The notes under the pieces: generated by a model
Seen by the model: the letters and a program-made list of their open reading frames with translations, nothing else
What the model was told of the DNA's origin: nothing
Database searches by the model: none
Shown: one piece after another, positions 1-9,747 of the stretch
Numbering within the stretch: the first letter of the stretch is position 1
How the letters are laid out: every line of letters begins with the position of its first letter
DNA from: a virus
Taxonomy: Duplodnaviria > Caudoviricetes
Virus record (IMG/VR): IMGVR_UViG_3300025018_000001
Length of the DNA stretch: 64,000 nucleotides
Direction: 5' to 3' (one strand)
Position numbers and translations under genes: made by a program

Positions 1-185
1 GATAAGAAAGTTTTACCAAAACCCCTAGTAGCAACAGACAGTATGTAAGGTTTAAACCACATAGCCTCAAATACAATTCGTTGGACCGGGGCTAGGTCAA
101 CACCAAGTAGCTCATAGGCAGCTATACAAGGATTCTCCCTGTAAAACTCTATAAGATCCGGACCTTGTTGTAAAACAATATCCAT
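1..185 (-). CDS. terL: Terminase large subunit, N-terminal part (runs off the window edge)
   Basis: Not in the ORF track. Manual translation from ATG at 185: MDIVLQQGPDLIEFYRENPCIAAYELLGVDLAPVQRIVFEAMWFKPYILSVATRGFGKTFL. It has an L-x-P-x-Q adenine-binding motif followed by Walker A RGFGKT. Confidence 0.8.
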   Translation of the reverse strand, partial: MDIVLQQGPDLIEFYRENPCIAAYELLGVDLAPVQRIVFEAMWFKPYILSVATRGFGKTFL

Positions 186-205
186 ATTTTTAGTTAATTT
201 AGACA

Positions 206-703
206 TTAATCTACATCATCCTTACAGGTATTTTCTTCAAGTATTTCATTTATAGGTGCTTGTTCTGCCCGCATTTTTCTAGCTTGTGCTTCTAGTTTAA
301 GTTTTTTATTATCATCAAAACCCACAGCTAGATCAATAATTGAAAAGCCTTTAAACTCATTTACATCTACACGGTCTTTACGTCTAGAAGCTAGGTTATC
401 CTTAATTTTATCACTCTGTTTCCTAAGTTTTTCCATGGAACTTGAATAATTTAAATGATCAGTTGCTGAGCCTTTACTAGACTTAAGTAGTCTAACTTCG
501 ATTACCTTATTAGTAGCAAGGGTTAAAATATCATCTACATCACTAGAGGTTAAGTCATCCTCATCAAAATCTTTAAGATATATGTCGATAAGTCCATTGT
601 AAATAGGGAGTTCATCTTCTTCGAACATGTCATTAATAGGCATGATCTCAGTTAATAACTCCCTAGCTTTAGGTGGACTTTTAGGTCTGCCTACTTTTGC
701 CAT
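206..703 (-). CDS. Probable terminase small subunit / DNA-binding protein
   Basis: Directly upstream of terL. N-terminal GRPK motif, helical/coiled-coil body. Start re-set to MAKVGRPK (703). Confidence 0.45.
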   Translation of the reverse strand: MAKVGRPKSPPKARELLTEIMPINDMFEEDELPIYNGLIDIYLKDFDEDDLTSSDVDDILTLATNKVIEVRLLKSSKGSATDHLNYSSSMEKLRKQSDKIKDNLASRRKDRVDVNEFKGFSIIDLAVGFDDNKKLKLEAQARKMRAEQAPINEILEENTCKDDVD

Positions 704-704
704 A

Positions 705-1169
705 TTATAATTTAACCCCCAAGGCGTGGCATACTGTGTCAAAGTCTAAATCAATATCATCACATTGTTGTCTTAGTTCACAAATATCTTCTGGACTATT
801 TAGTAGCTGTGATATATGAGGATTTTCTTCAACACTAATATTATATTCTATAGATATTTCCCGATATCTCTTTGAGTTTAAAGATCTCTCAGTACATATA
901 TCTGTTGTAGCATCATACTCTGTCCTAATCTTATTAAACCACTCTCTAACTTCTTTTGAATTTTTTATTTCATTTTTATATTGTAAATACAATTCATCGG
1001 ATAATGGATACATATTTCTAAAATATTGCATTAGTGTTTTAGAAATCTTTTCTTTTGTAGACTCTGAATGATGCTGCCCTTTTTTAGAATCACTAATTGC
1101 TTGTTTACTAACATCACTAAGTCTAAAGCCTAGTGGTCGTCCTCTTCCCCTTGTTGGTTCATTATCCAT
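705..1169 (-). CDS. NUMOD3-motif DNA-binding protein
   Basis: GRPLGFRLSDVSKQAISDSKKGQHHSESTKEKISKTL resembles tandem NUMOD3 repeats. GGAGG RBS. Confidence 0.6.
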   Translation of the reverse strand: MDNEPTRGRGRPLGFRLSDVSKQAISDSKKGQHHSESTKEKISKTLMQYFRNMYPLSDELYLQYKNEIKNSKEVREWFNKIRTEYDATTDICTERSLNSKRYREISIEYNISVEENPHISQLLNSPEDICELRQQCDDIDLDFDTVCHALGVKL

Positions 1170-1497
1170 TTAATTCCACCTCCTTTAAAGAGGAGTATTT
1201 ACCACATGACCTACAAATAACACCAACTGCATTGGTATGCACTAATACTTCAGCGTCACAGTTAGCACATAATTTAATAGTAGTTTTCTTTGCACCACTA
1301 AATGTAGGTTTAGAAAAAGAAAATGGAAGGTTTTTATGTTTATCTACAAAAGAGGATTCTTTATGAATTCTTGCATTGTGTTTAGCTACACCACCCTCTG
1401 GTTCGTATCTTCTTGGTGCACCTGGGGCCAACTCAGAAGACACTGTAGTTTTAGCTACAAACTTATTTAGATCTTTTTTAAAGGTTTCATTAACCAT
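1162..1497 (-). CDS. Hypothetical protein with C-terminal zinc ribbon
   Basis: CANC...CRSC motif; overlaps neighbours in operon fashion. Confidence 0.6.
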   Translation of the reverse strand: MVNETFKKDLNKFVAKTTVSSELAPGAPRRYEPEGGVAKHNARIHKESSFVDKHKNLPFSFSKPTFSGAKKTTIKLCANCDAEVLVHTNAVGVICRSCGKYSSLKEVELNG

Positions 1498-2065
1498 CAA
1501 ATCTGTCCTCTTGTTTAACTGTAAGTGTTTTTTTACTTGCTACGTAGTCAGATAAGTAAACACATAGCTCCTCTGGTGTATAATCAGATAAAGGTTTCAA
1601 CCAAGGTTTAATACTCCACGGCCCATAATGGTACCCGACACAACTTCTAATCATATTGTAGTCTTTTTCTGATACCAATTTTAAATCTCTGTAAACCTCT
1701 TCTACTAGTTTTGCCCCCAAGTCTGGGTGCCATTTCACAGTATGTCCTGACTTTTCAGTACCTTGTTTTCTAAGATCATGTAAAATACAAGCAGATATTA
1801 TCTGGTCTCTATTATGTTCACAGCTTAAACCCCTAGCAAGGTCATAGGCAATAGTTACTACTCTTTTAGTATGTATAATTGTACCATAACCTGAAAGCTC
1901 ATCTAGAGGATGGTACTTACCTGATGTAGAGGCTGGGGCGGAATAAAATATATAATCCGGTGCCATCATAACACAAACTTCTGTAAAGCTTTTTATATCC
2001 TTGTTAAAAACCAAATCTAACTCAGACTTAAGTGCTGCCAATTTCTCATCTGGAGATAATTCCAT
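1490..2065 (-). CDS. HD-domain phosphohydrolase (YhaM-like)
   Basis: PAS..GKYH...G...HT..V and ACILHDLRK HD motif; AAGGAG RBS. Confidence 0.8.
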   Translation of the reverse strand: MELSPDEKLAALKSELDLVFNKDIKSFTEVCVMMAPDYIFYSAPASTSGKYHPLDELSGYGTIIHTKRVVTIAYDLARGLSCEHNRDQIISACILHDLRKQGTEKSGHTVKWHPDLGAKLVEEVYRDLKLVSEKDYNMIRSCVGYHYGPWSIKPWLKPLSDYTPEELCVYLSDYVASKKTLTVKQEDRFDG

Positions 2066-2137
2066 AATTTCAACTCCTTTAATAAATTTAATAGAAAAAA
2101 AAACAAACCTACTTGTACATTACATACAATATTACAT

Positions 2138-2167
2138 ATTATAACACACAAGTGTAATAATTACAAG
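2138..2167 (-). promoter_or_regulatory. Sigma70-like promoter with extended -10
   Basis: Minus strand TTGTAA-17 nt-TATAAT with TG at -15/-14 (TGtTATAAT), upstream of the HD gene. The same TGTGTTATAAT occurs near 5512-5522 upstream of clpP. Confidence 0.45.
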
Positions 2168-2175
2168 TGTAAACT

Positions 2176-2233
2176 AAAAAAATTACATACCATTACAGTT
2201 TAGTATGTAACTAGCTGTAATGATATGTAATTA
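2176..2233 (-). terminator. Long hairpin followed by T-run (intrinsic terminator)
   Basis: ATTACATA/TATGTAAT and CATTACAG/CTGTAATG arms; A7 on plus strand gives a U-tract on minus. Confidence 0.55.
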
Positions 2234-2242
2234 TATTTACAA

Positions 2243-2479
2243 CTACATGTATGGTGGTAGAGCAAGCTCATCCTTATCCAATGCTATTGGTCTTATATTA
2301 GGAGAATTAGCTTCCACATTGTAACCAGGTTGTGGGAAAGACTCTCCATGGAACCTACGTAAATTGTTATTATTAGTAAGACCATCCATAAATTTAGCTT
2401 TACTATCTTCAATAAAAGGTTTCTTTTCTGTTAACCTAACCCATCTAGGTAATTGATACTCAGTTATTGATATTGGCAT
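2243..2479 (-). CDS. Hypothetical protein
   Basis: ORF in co-oriented operon. Confidence 0.55.
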   Translation of the reverse strand: MPISITEYQLPRWVRLTEKKPFIEDSKAKFMDGLTNNNNLRRFHGESFPQPGYNVEANSPNIRPIALDKDELALPPYM

Positions 2480-2488
2480 AATATCACC

Positions 2489-2806
2489 TTAGATTTTTTC
2501 GGTACTATCTTTAAATCTTTTTAAGAAGTCGTCAAACTCTTTTTTGTTTTCAATACTAGCCATAACTTTATTACCATCTGGACCTACTGGAGCTTCTTTA
2601 AAGAAGTTTGCCATGTCCATAACAAAATCAGGAATCATATCACCTTCCCACTCGTAGTTAATATTCATGTATTGATCTTTACCCTTCTTAATACCTACGG
2701 ATGCGTAATTGTAACCATTCTTACTTTTATATAAACTTACATTCATTATTTCCCCAGAATTAAATGCTAGGGCATATTTTGTATCTACCATACTTTTGTC
2801 CTCCAT
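2489..2806 (-). CDS. Hypothetical protein
   Basis: ORF in co-oriented operon. Confidence 0.6.
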   Translation of the reverse strand: MEDKSMVDTKYALAFNSGEIMNVSLYKSKNGYNYASVGIKKGKDQYMNINYEWEGDMIPDFVMDMANFFKEAPVGPDGNKVMASIENKKEFDDFLKRFKDSTEKI

Positions 2807-3381
2807 ATATAAGATAGTTGATTTCTTAGATCTTCTAATGTACCATCATTAGTGATACAAACTCTATTATCATGCGACATAAAAGATGGTAGAGCATTTT
2901 CAGATATGTGTTCTTGATTATTAACAAAAGTACGGTCTTCCCTTTCAATATGGATATGTAGACCATTTGCTTCATCTAAAACCCAATCTATTTCATTAGC
3001 AAATCTTCCATCAGTTATAATTGTATTAGCTGCGTCACTACCAAAAAGAGCATTACTTTTTATAACATTAACCCAACAGTCTGGGTTAATTTTTCTAAAT
3101 ACATCTGTACCAATAAACTGCAAAAGCTCCCTAGGTGTCCAAAATCTTTCTTGTTCTAGGTGGATAGCTGAATGTATTTTAAGCCCCTCAATAGGCTGTT
3201 CCTTAGCATCACCATATAGCTGTTCCTGGGTTAATAAAAAACACTTACCTAATATATTTTTAAGAAAATCTGCATAAGCCACAACTCTAACAGTTTTTTT
3301 ATTTTCATAAAACATATCTCTTAATATACATGCTACTGTATCCTTACCTGACCTTGCCTTACCACTTAATACTATTATCAT
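2785..3381 (-). CDS. Deoxynucleoside monophosphate kinase (T4 gp1-like)
   Basis: P-loop LSGKARSGKDT, TPRELLQFIGTDVFR, IITDGRFANE motifs. Confidence 0.85.
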   Translation of the reverse strand: MIIVLSGKARSGKDTVACILRDMFYENKKTVRVVAYADFLKNILGKCFLLTQEQLYGDAKEQPIEGLKIHSAIHLEQERFWTPRELLQFIGTDVFRKINPDCWVNVIKSNALFGSDAANTIITDGRFANEIDWVLDEANGLHIHIEREDRTFVNNQEHISENALPSFMSHDNRVCITNDGTLEDLRNQLSYIWRTKVW

Positions 3382-3383
3382 AT

Positions 3384-3809
3384 CTAGCCTTCCCATTTAG
3401 TTATTAAATCACTATGTAATACTGCCAAATAAATACTTTGATACTCCTCAAACAATGTGTCGTTTTTAGAAAACAATGTAGATATATCCACAGTTACAGC
3501 AGCATTTGATTCTATGAAGTCTGTAAATGTTTTTATTTTAGCCTCTAAAGTTCGAAGTAGATGAAGTGCTTCGAACACACTAAGTTCTACATTACTAACA
3601 CTAATATATGTTTCTTTATTTAAATTGTCTATTAATATATCATGACTACGAATTTTACTTAACAACTCAAATTTATAAGATACTGCATTAGTATACAAAT
3701 CAGGAGTTCTACTTGTGTCAAAACTACTTATGTACTTGATATATCTATTTATAGTTTTTAGTTTGTCATCTAAGTAGCGCTTCCTTAAAAGTATTTCACG
3801 TAGTATCAT
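3384..3809 (-). CDS. Hypothetical helical protein
   Basis: ORF in operon. Confidence 0.6.
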   Translation of the reverse strand: MILREILLRKRYLDDKLKTINRYIKYISSFDTSRTPDLYTNAVSYKFELLSKIRSHDILIDNLNKETYISVSNVELSVFEALHLLRTLEAKIKTFTDFIESNAAVTVDISTLFSKNDTLFEEYQSIYLAVLHSDLITKWEG

Positions 3810-3811
3810 AT

Positions 3812-4030
3812 TTAAATTATCTCTACTTCTGTAGCTTGAATACCTTTTTCAGTATCTTTTAAAACAAAAGATATGGCTTGTTTAGCCTTTAAAGTTTTAT
3901 AACCTTCCATATTAATTACGGAGTAGTGTAGAAAAAATTCTTGTTCTTTCTTATCACCATCAACAACAGCAAAACCATAACCACGGTCATTACTGAACCA
4001 TTTAACAAAACCAGTAACTCTCTCACTCAT
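3812..4030 (-). CDS. csp: Cold-shock domain protein
   Basis: GFVKWFSNDRGYGF (RNP1) and FFLHYSVI (RNP2), GYKTL; 72 aa. Confidence 0.92.
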   Translation of the reverse strand: MSERVTGFVKWFSNDRGYGFAVVDGDKKEQEFFLHYSVINMEGYKTLKAKQAISFVLKDTEKGIQATEVEII

Positions 4031-4111
4031 AATAAAACTCCTAACTAAAAATAATAATTATAGATTAAATAAAATATGTAATCCTCTGTTAATAACGCAT
4101 GGTTAGATTAA

Positions 4112-4612
4112 TTAAGCTAAATTCCATACAGCAACTTCTGCTGCTCTACGTCTAGTAAGCCCATTTAAAACTTTACCCTTTGATTTATTCCAACGTTTAA
4201 ATTGTGCTGGAACTGACTTATAATCACCGTTGTTGAGATAGCGTAATAATGTAGACTTCTTAAAGGCACCTAAACCAATATTAAATACTAGACTTATTAA
4301 GGCACACAACTGGTTATTACTAATAGGTACCGTGACTAAAGACTGCACACCCATGGTGAATCTTCTCAAGTCATCGTTTAACAAAACAACTGCTTCGTCC
4401 ATGGTGATACCTTTAGGGTAAATAGCATAAGCTAAAGCTTTGTTCTCTTTACCTTTAATTTGTCTACCATAAGCATCCAAAACAACATGACCCCAACCTA
4501 TAGTCCAGTACCCAGCCGGGCATAAATATGGATCTAGATTAACCGTTGATGGATCTCCATCTAGTATACCCTCGAAAGCTTTTATAAGATTAACCGCATT
4601 AGTTAGATCCAT
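4112..4612 (-). CDS. Phage lysozyme (GH24 endolysin)
   Basis: FEG...YLCPAGYWTIGWGH catalytic loop, FNIGLGAF, LNGLTRRRAAE. Confidence 0.9.
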   Translation of the reverse strand: MDLTNAVNLIKAFEGILDGDPSTVNLDPYLCPAGYWTIGWGHVVLDAYGRQIKGKENKALAYAIYPKGITMDEAVVLLNDDLRRFTMGVQSLVTVPISNNQLCALISLVFNIGLGAFKKSTLLRYLNNGDYKSVPAQFKRWNKSKGKVLNGLTRRRAAEVAVWNLA

Positions 4613-4615
4613 AAT

Positions 4616-4876
4616 TTAGTCACTCTTATTTTTTGAAGATTTAACTTCCTTAGTTGAAGTTTGTTCGGCTTTTAGTGCCTTTATAATAGATTCTTTTTTA
4701 GCAAGTTCTTTATTAACCTTATCTAGCTCTGCTTGTATAGCCTCAAACTCAGAAGCAACTTCATCTTCTGTATAAACAGTAGCTTCTTTAGAAGCCTTTA
4801 TTTGTTTTTGTATATCTCTAGGTGATTTAATAACTGGTCTTACACGTGTATCTGAATTATCTTTATTATATTCCAT
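4616..4876 (-). CDS. Hypothetical coiled-coil protein
   Basis: ORF with AAGGAG RBS. Confidence 0.55.
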   Translation of the reverse strand: MEYNKDNSDTRVRPVIKSPRDIQKQIKASKEATVYTEDEVASEFEAIQAELDKVNKELAKKESIIKALKAEQTSTKEVKSSKNKSD

Positions 4877-4887
4877 ATCTTTTCTCC

Positions 4888-5460
4888 TTAAATGATTTTA
4901 TCAACCAGACCATACTTAACTGCTTCTTCCGCTGTCAAATAAAAGTCTCGCTGCATATCTTTTTTAATTTTGGCCAACGATTGACCGGTCATAGCTACGT
5001 ACTGCTTAGCCATCTTATCATGAAGTTTTTTTAATTTTTCCACTTCATTAAATATATCCCCTGCCTTTCCTTGAGTACCACCTGAAAATTCATGAATCAT
5101 AATTTCTGTATTAGTTAACACGGAGCGTTTACCCTTAGCACCAGCGGCTAGTATAAAACTACCGGCAGAACAATTCTGACCAATACCTACTGTACATACA
5201 TCCGGCTTGATATAATTCATTACATCGAATATAGCATACATAGATGTTATGGCGCCGCCTGGACTATTGACATACATATGAATGTCCTTGGCATCGTCTT
5301 GTGAACTAAGATACAATAACTGTGCTACTGTATTATTAGCCATCTCATCATTAAAAACACCTTGTATGTATACTATTCTATCCTTCAATAATCTACTAAA
5401 AATTTCGTAACTTCTTTCTTCTTTTGGGTTGTCGCCTTCAATAACATAAGATAAATTCAT
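4888..5460 (-). CDS. clpP: ATP-dependent Clp protease proteolytic subunit
   Basis: IFSRLLKDRI, YVNSPGG, nucleophile GQNCSAGS, IMIHE, RDFYLTAEEAVKYGLVD; Ser-His-Asp triad positions intact. Confidence 0.93.
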   Translation of the reverse strand: MNLSYVIEGDNPKEERSYEIFSRLLKDRIVYIQGVFNDEMANNTVAQLLYLSSQDDAKDIHMYVNSPGGAITSMYAIFDVMNYIKPDVCTVGIGQNCSAGSFILAAGAKGKRSVLTNTEIMIHEFSGGTQGKAGDIFNEVEKLKKLHDKMAKQYVAMTGQSLAKIKKDMQRDFYLTAEEAVKYGLVDKII

Positions 5461-5545
5461 AATTGTCTCCTTTAAAAGATATTAAAATACTACCAAACTC
5501 GTAATTACTATATTATAACACATAATTAAAAATATGCAACCCTTA

Positions 5546-7777
5546 TTAAAGTTTTCTTTCAAATACTATGCGTCTTATACCAAACCAACTTTGTGGTGCA
5601 TAATAACCAGTTATTCTACATATCATGTATTGATATTCATTTTCATTATCAAATGTAAATATATTCGGAGATGACATATTATATGGTATATGTTCTGGTA
5701 CAGTTATAGTGGTGATGTATGTTGTACTACTCATGTCATTGCCATCAACATTAACAAAAGCTGTATATGAATTTGAACCATATATCTCTAGAGTTTTAAT
5801 ACCATTACTAGTTGTACCACCACTATTATGTGAGTTTTCAATATATATTCTATTAGGTATAAAGGGTTCAGCATAGGCCATATTAAACTTTTGAGGTAGA
5901 GTTAGAGCACCAGAACCAGCAATGAAACAATTACCTTCTAAAGCACCTAAAAGATTTTTAGATGGGTCTGCCGCATAATGAGCTGCGTAATTTGAGCTGA
6001 AAACTGTAGAAGATACTACACTAGCAAGATCAAATGAAGCTGGATACACAGGAATACAATTATACGGTTTTACATTTCTAAAAGAGTGATCTACGGGTAA
6101 ATTAGCTGTTAAGTCATGTTCCCATGCCAGATAACCTTCCATAACTACCCTATCATATGCCGTGGCTGACGATGGTAATATTACTAATTCTTTTATAATA
6201 CCCTTCATATTAAACTGAGGATAAGCAGCATCGTAGTAGAATAAATCCATAAAATTCCAGCTTTGTAACTCAACACCCTCTAAACATAATATAGAAAACT
6301 TATTATATAGTGCTGTATATACCTGTACCCTATCCGTCCATGGGGAATAAATACCATCATTGGTAATTATTGGATTACCAAAATTAGCACTAGTTTCTAC
6401 AGCTCTATTATACTCCCCAGCCACACCATACCATGCCTGACTGCCTGACCCAAACACAACAAATATATCATCCAGACTTTTTAACACAATGTAAATATTC
6501 TGTAGTGATTGTTTTGGCCCAGTTATACGCAAAGTCTGTGTGATACCATCAAAAAGTATACCGTCTATAGTAAGAGATGGTTGTCTAGAAGGTGTAAGCT
6601 GTATAGCATCTCTATTGTTGCTTGATTTATCTCTCCAAGCAGCTACCCCATCCACAGATTCCTCAACAGTCGCTAGTTCATTAACTGTAAACCAGTTATC
6701 AGTATACACCAAATCAGGTGTCCAAAATTCCGGTACTGGTGGCGGTGGAGGTGGTAAAACAACTGGTGGTAATGTACCTGCTGCTGGTACCCTATCATAT
6801 ATTATAGCATTAAACCCTTCTTTAAAAGCAACAACTGTATAATAAGATTTACCTATTTCTAAAGTATTAAATCTAAAATAACCATTTTCATCCGACTTAG
6901 TTATATCAATTAATAAGCCATCTACATTATAATATAGTCTAACTTTTACATTTGGCCATACAGTACCACTAACAGTCACAGTTCCTTCGATATAACCATC
7001 TACATTAGTTGTTAAATCACCATTGTTATATGTTGTAGAAGTTCTCTTAATAATATCAGTGCGATCTATAAAAATAACATCAGGTGTAGCACATATAAAT
7101 GTATTTTGAGCTGAGCTAGCTAGAATAGATTTTAAAGACCTTTTCCAAACATTATATGCAGCTATGAAATCAGGTACTATATTTTTTGTTATATGAAATT
7201 TTTGTTCTTTGTAAGCCCATAACATATAAGGGTCAATACGTGTATATGTATCTACTACCTCCTGAAGCTTAAAAAAAGTAATCTTTCGTAAACCTACATA
7301 ACTTACACTACCATAAGAGTCTGTAATTATTACTACGTAATATCTAAAACTTCCTGCCCCTACTACATCAAAATATTGTAGCACCTCCTGTGTAGCGTTA
7401 GCTGTATGTTCTAAAGCAAGATAACTACCTAATAAGGTCAAATCTGTTACGTCACTACCTGTAGTGTTATTAAAGGCTGTTGCTGAATTTGTACCATATA
7501 AATTAAAGTTTTTAACACCTGCGTTTGTTGCTGAACCATTGGTGTGGTAATTTACAAAAGATATTCTATCAATAACATATTCCACGCCTAAGTCTGTATT
7601 CAGTTTCTGAGGAAAAGTTGCCGTTGAAGACAACCAGCACATATTTGCAGAAGCATTAATTATCTGCAAACTTGGATCAATAGCAAACCACGGGTAATAA
7701 CTACTGGAATAATATGACGTAGCCTTTACAGAGTTTGTATCAAAGACTAAGGGATATTTTGGTACAAATATAGCCAT
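5546..7777 (-). CDS. Multidomain virion adhesin / tail-associated protein
   Basis: Mutually similar N- and C-terminal discoidin/galactose-binding-like domains, a central carboxypeptidase-regulatory-like domain (VKVRLYY...SDENGYFRF), poly-Pro linker and a LamG-like segment. Confidence 0.6.
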   Translation of the reverse strand: MAIFVPKYPLVFDTNSVKATSYYSSSYYPWFAIDPSLQIINASANMCWLSSTATFPQKLNTDLGVEYVIDRISFVNYHTNGSATNAGVKNFNLYGTNSATAFNNTTGSDVTDLTLLGSYLALEHTANATQEVLQYFDVVGAGSFRYYVVIITDSYGSVSYVGLRKITFFKLQEVVDTYTRIDPYMLWAYKEQKFHITKNIVPDFIAAYNVWKRSLKSILASSAQNTFICATPDVIFIDRTDIIKRTSTTYNNGDLTTNVDGYIEGTVTVSGTVWPNVKVRLYYNVDGLLIDITKSDENGYFRFNTLEIGKSYYTVVAFKEGFNAIIYDRVPAAGTLPPVVLPPPPPPVPEFWTPDLVYTDNWFTVNELATVEESVDGVAAWRDKSSNNRDAIQLTPSRQPSLTIDGILFDGITQTLRITGPKQSLQNIYIVLKSLDDIFVVFGSGSQAWYGVAGEYNRAVETSANFGNPIITNDGIYSPWTDRVQVYTALYNKFSILCLEGVELQSWNFMDLFYYDAAYPQFNMKGIIKELVILPSSATAYDRVVMEGYLAWEHDLTANLPVDHSFRNVKPYNCIPVYPASFDLASVVSSTVFSSNYAAHYAADPSKNLLGALEGNCFIAGSGALTLPQKFNMAYAEPFIPNRIYIENSHNSGGTTSNGIKTLEIYGSNSYTAFVNVDGNDMSSTTYITTITVPEHIPYNMSSPNIFTFDNENEYQYMICRITGYYAPQSWFGIRRIVFERKL

Positions 7778-7781
7778 ATTA

Positions 7782-8957
7782 TTATGTCCAAGTTGGCGAT
7801 ATCTCTAACATAAGTTGTCCGAAGTTAGTAGTTGCAGGACACACAGTAAACGCCATAAAAGTACGTCCAGCTAACTCACCATTCCCCTCAAATATATCAC
7901 CATTATTCAAAGGCACACTGTGTAAAGGATTCCATATACCATACATCCTTCCACGTAATACGGCCTGTGCAGCAACACCTATACCGTCTCCTACTGTGAC
8001 TGGGCACATATATAAACCCCCATCAACAGGGTTGGGATAAGGCATTCCTGTACCAGTAAAACCCATACCACTTTGGGCGGCTTTAGAGTAATCACCCATT
8101 TTACCTTGAGGTACTGAAGAACCTACTTGCGTATAGTTTCTTGCAGAGTACATATAAAATAATGAGGTACTTAATATTGAGTTTAGATTAGATACTAAAT
8201 ATGGGAAATATTGATATTGGTATGAACCATTGTTACTATTAGCTGAAAGGAAAGTATTATATTGATCACCTGCTTTATATGAGTAGTAATCACCAAATCC
8301 CATAAAAGAATAAGCTCCATAATCAGTGCCTGTAGTGTATCTAACCCACATATATATGGTTTTATCATCTGCTACAATAACCCAATCTCTGAAATTGATA
8401 GCATCCGTAGTATTGGCTTTCTGCCAGTATAAACCACCATTCATTTGTGCAGTTGTTGGAAAAGGTCCTGTTCCGGTACTTACAGCTGACATAGCTTCAT
8501 AACCAATGCACCTTGCTGATCCAGTGTAAGTATCATTAATGTGTAGGTAGTGTTGATTACCACCACCTTGCCTATATGCAGCTAAGTTAGTACCTGAATA
8601 AGCTTTAGTCCACCCAGCACCAGCTGATTTTATTGTAATAGTTCCAGTAGCAGGTGAGGTAGATATACCTGAAGCGGTATAATAGAATGAGAAAGCGTCT
8701 ATAATAGTTATAATATATTCACCATTATATCCGGCTTCATTGGCCCCGGCAACAGTCTGTCTAGAGTGTGGTTGTAGTCCGTGTGCTTGTCCAGTAGCAG
8801 CGGTAACTATACCATTACTATGGGTCATAGTTATAATTGTTTGCTGACCATAACCATCGACTAAACATGCATCTAATACTCCTATAAGATAACCTGCGGC
8901 GCCATATAATGTAGGAGCACCGTAATCATTATGTCTATAAATTTTAACATTACTCAT
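7782..8957 (-). CDS. Phage tail-fibre-associated structural protein
   Basis: N-terminus D.GAP.L.G.AG.LI.VLDACLV.GYG and AGWT..Y pattern seen in phage tail proteins; G/T/S-rich. Confidence 0.55.
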   Translation of the reverse strand: MSNVKIYRHNDYGAPTLYGAAGYLIGVLDACLVDGYGQQTIITMTHSNGIVTAATGQAHGLQPHSRQTVAGANEAGYNGEYIITIIDAFSFYYTASGISTSPATGTITIKSAGAGWTKAYSGTNLAAYRQGGGNQHYLHINDTYTGSARCIGYEAMSAVSTGTGPFPTTAQMNGGLYWQKANTTDAINFRDWVIVADDKTIYMWVRYTTGTDYGAYSFMGFGDYYSYKAGDQYNTFLSANSNNGSYQYQYFPYLVSNLNSILSTSLFYMYSARNYTQVGSSVPQGKMGDYSKAAQSGMGFTGTGMPYPNPVDGGLYMCPVTVGDGIGVAAQAVLRGRMYGIWNPLHSVPLNNGDIFEGNGELAGRTFMAFTVCPATTNFGQLMLEISPTWT

Positions 8958-8979
8958 TTTACTTCTCCTATATTAAAAA

Positions 8980-9240
8980 TCAAATATTAGAAACTGTTGG
9001 TTCTATTAGAAAGAACTTAGTACAGTCTAACACTATATGGTCTAAGTCAATACATAACTTTGTACAGTACTCATGTGTAAAGCTATCAAAACCCTCTTCT
9101 GGGGCATTGGAGGTGGCCTCTTCAGTTTCATCCACATCGTAATATTCTACATCTAGACCTTCCAAACTGACTACCCTGGAAACTCTATGATCACAATGTT
9201 TACAAAGTGAGTTGTTAAGCATATAAATAGGGTCCATCAT
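8980..9240 (-). CDS. Hypothetical Cys/His protein
   Basis: CxxC...HxxCxxLC; RBS AGGAG. Confidence 0.55.
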   Translation of the reverse strand: MMDPIYMLNNSLCKHCDHRVSRVVSLEGLDVEYYDVDETEEATSNAPEEGFDSFTHEYCTKLCIDLDHIVLDCTKFFLIEPTVSNI

Positions 9241-9443
9241 TTTGGCTTCTCCTTATGCGCTCTAGAAACTGTTTCTGGCGTTTTATGTGTTAGTATTTTA
9301 TTTTGCTTACGCATCCTCTTTATCTTACAATTAATAGAATCCTCATCTCTACCTGGCAGCTGATCCATAAGCTCAAAAATAGTACTTGTAGCGTAATTAT
9401 CTATTAATATTTTTTCTTCTGAAAAAGTCCACATCTTGCTCAT
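9237..9443 (-). CDS. Myb/SANT-like helix-turn-helix protein
   Basis: WTFSEEKIL..NY......L...LPGR...SI..K pattern. Confidence 0.6.
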   Translation of the reverse strand: MSKMWTFSEEKILIDNYATSTIFELMDQLPGRDEDSINCKIKRMRKQNKILTHKTPETVSRAHKEKPK

Positions 9444-9621
9444 ATAGTTCCTCTTCTAAGTAATCATTCATGGAAGTACATATCTTTATTTCATTTAATA
9501 AGTCTTTCATTATTAATAAAGTCTCTTCCTGTTCGCTTCCTCTAGCTATGGCTATATCTAAACTAGACCCAAGAGTATTAATTGTGGAATCTAAATCATT
9601 AATAGATATTTTACGTGACAT
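9397..9621 (-). CDS. Hypothetical protein
   Basis: ORF in operon; start re-set to MSRKIS. Confidence 0.5.
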   Translation of the reverse strand: MSRKISINDLDSTINTLGSSLDIAIARGSEQEETLLIMKDLLNEIKICTSMNDYLEEELYEQDVDFFRRKNINR

Positions 9622-9747
9622 TGAATTCTCCAAAGTGTGCATTATCTCCTCTAAAATAAGTTAACATATTATATTTATAACTTGTTGTTATCACAAAATA
9701 GTTACAGTTTATATAACAAAACTAACCTATATTAAAGCTTAGTTAGT

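Noticed and set aside
1490-2065. HD protein as DatZ (dATPase partner of PurZ)
   Set aside because: Its motifs (PAS...YH...G...HT..V) fit YhaM-like HD proteins, and it lies 42 kb from purZ; cannot be excluded without a profile search.
5546-8957. Diversity-generating retroelement target
   Set aside because: No reverse transcriptase and no near-identical TR/VR pair differing at adenines was seen.
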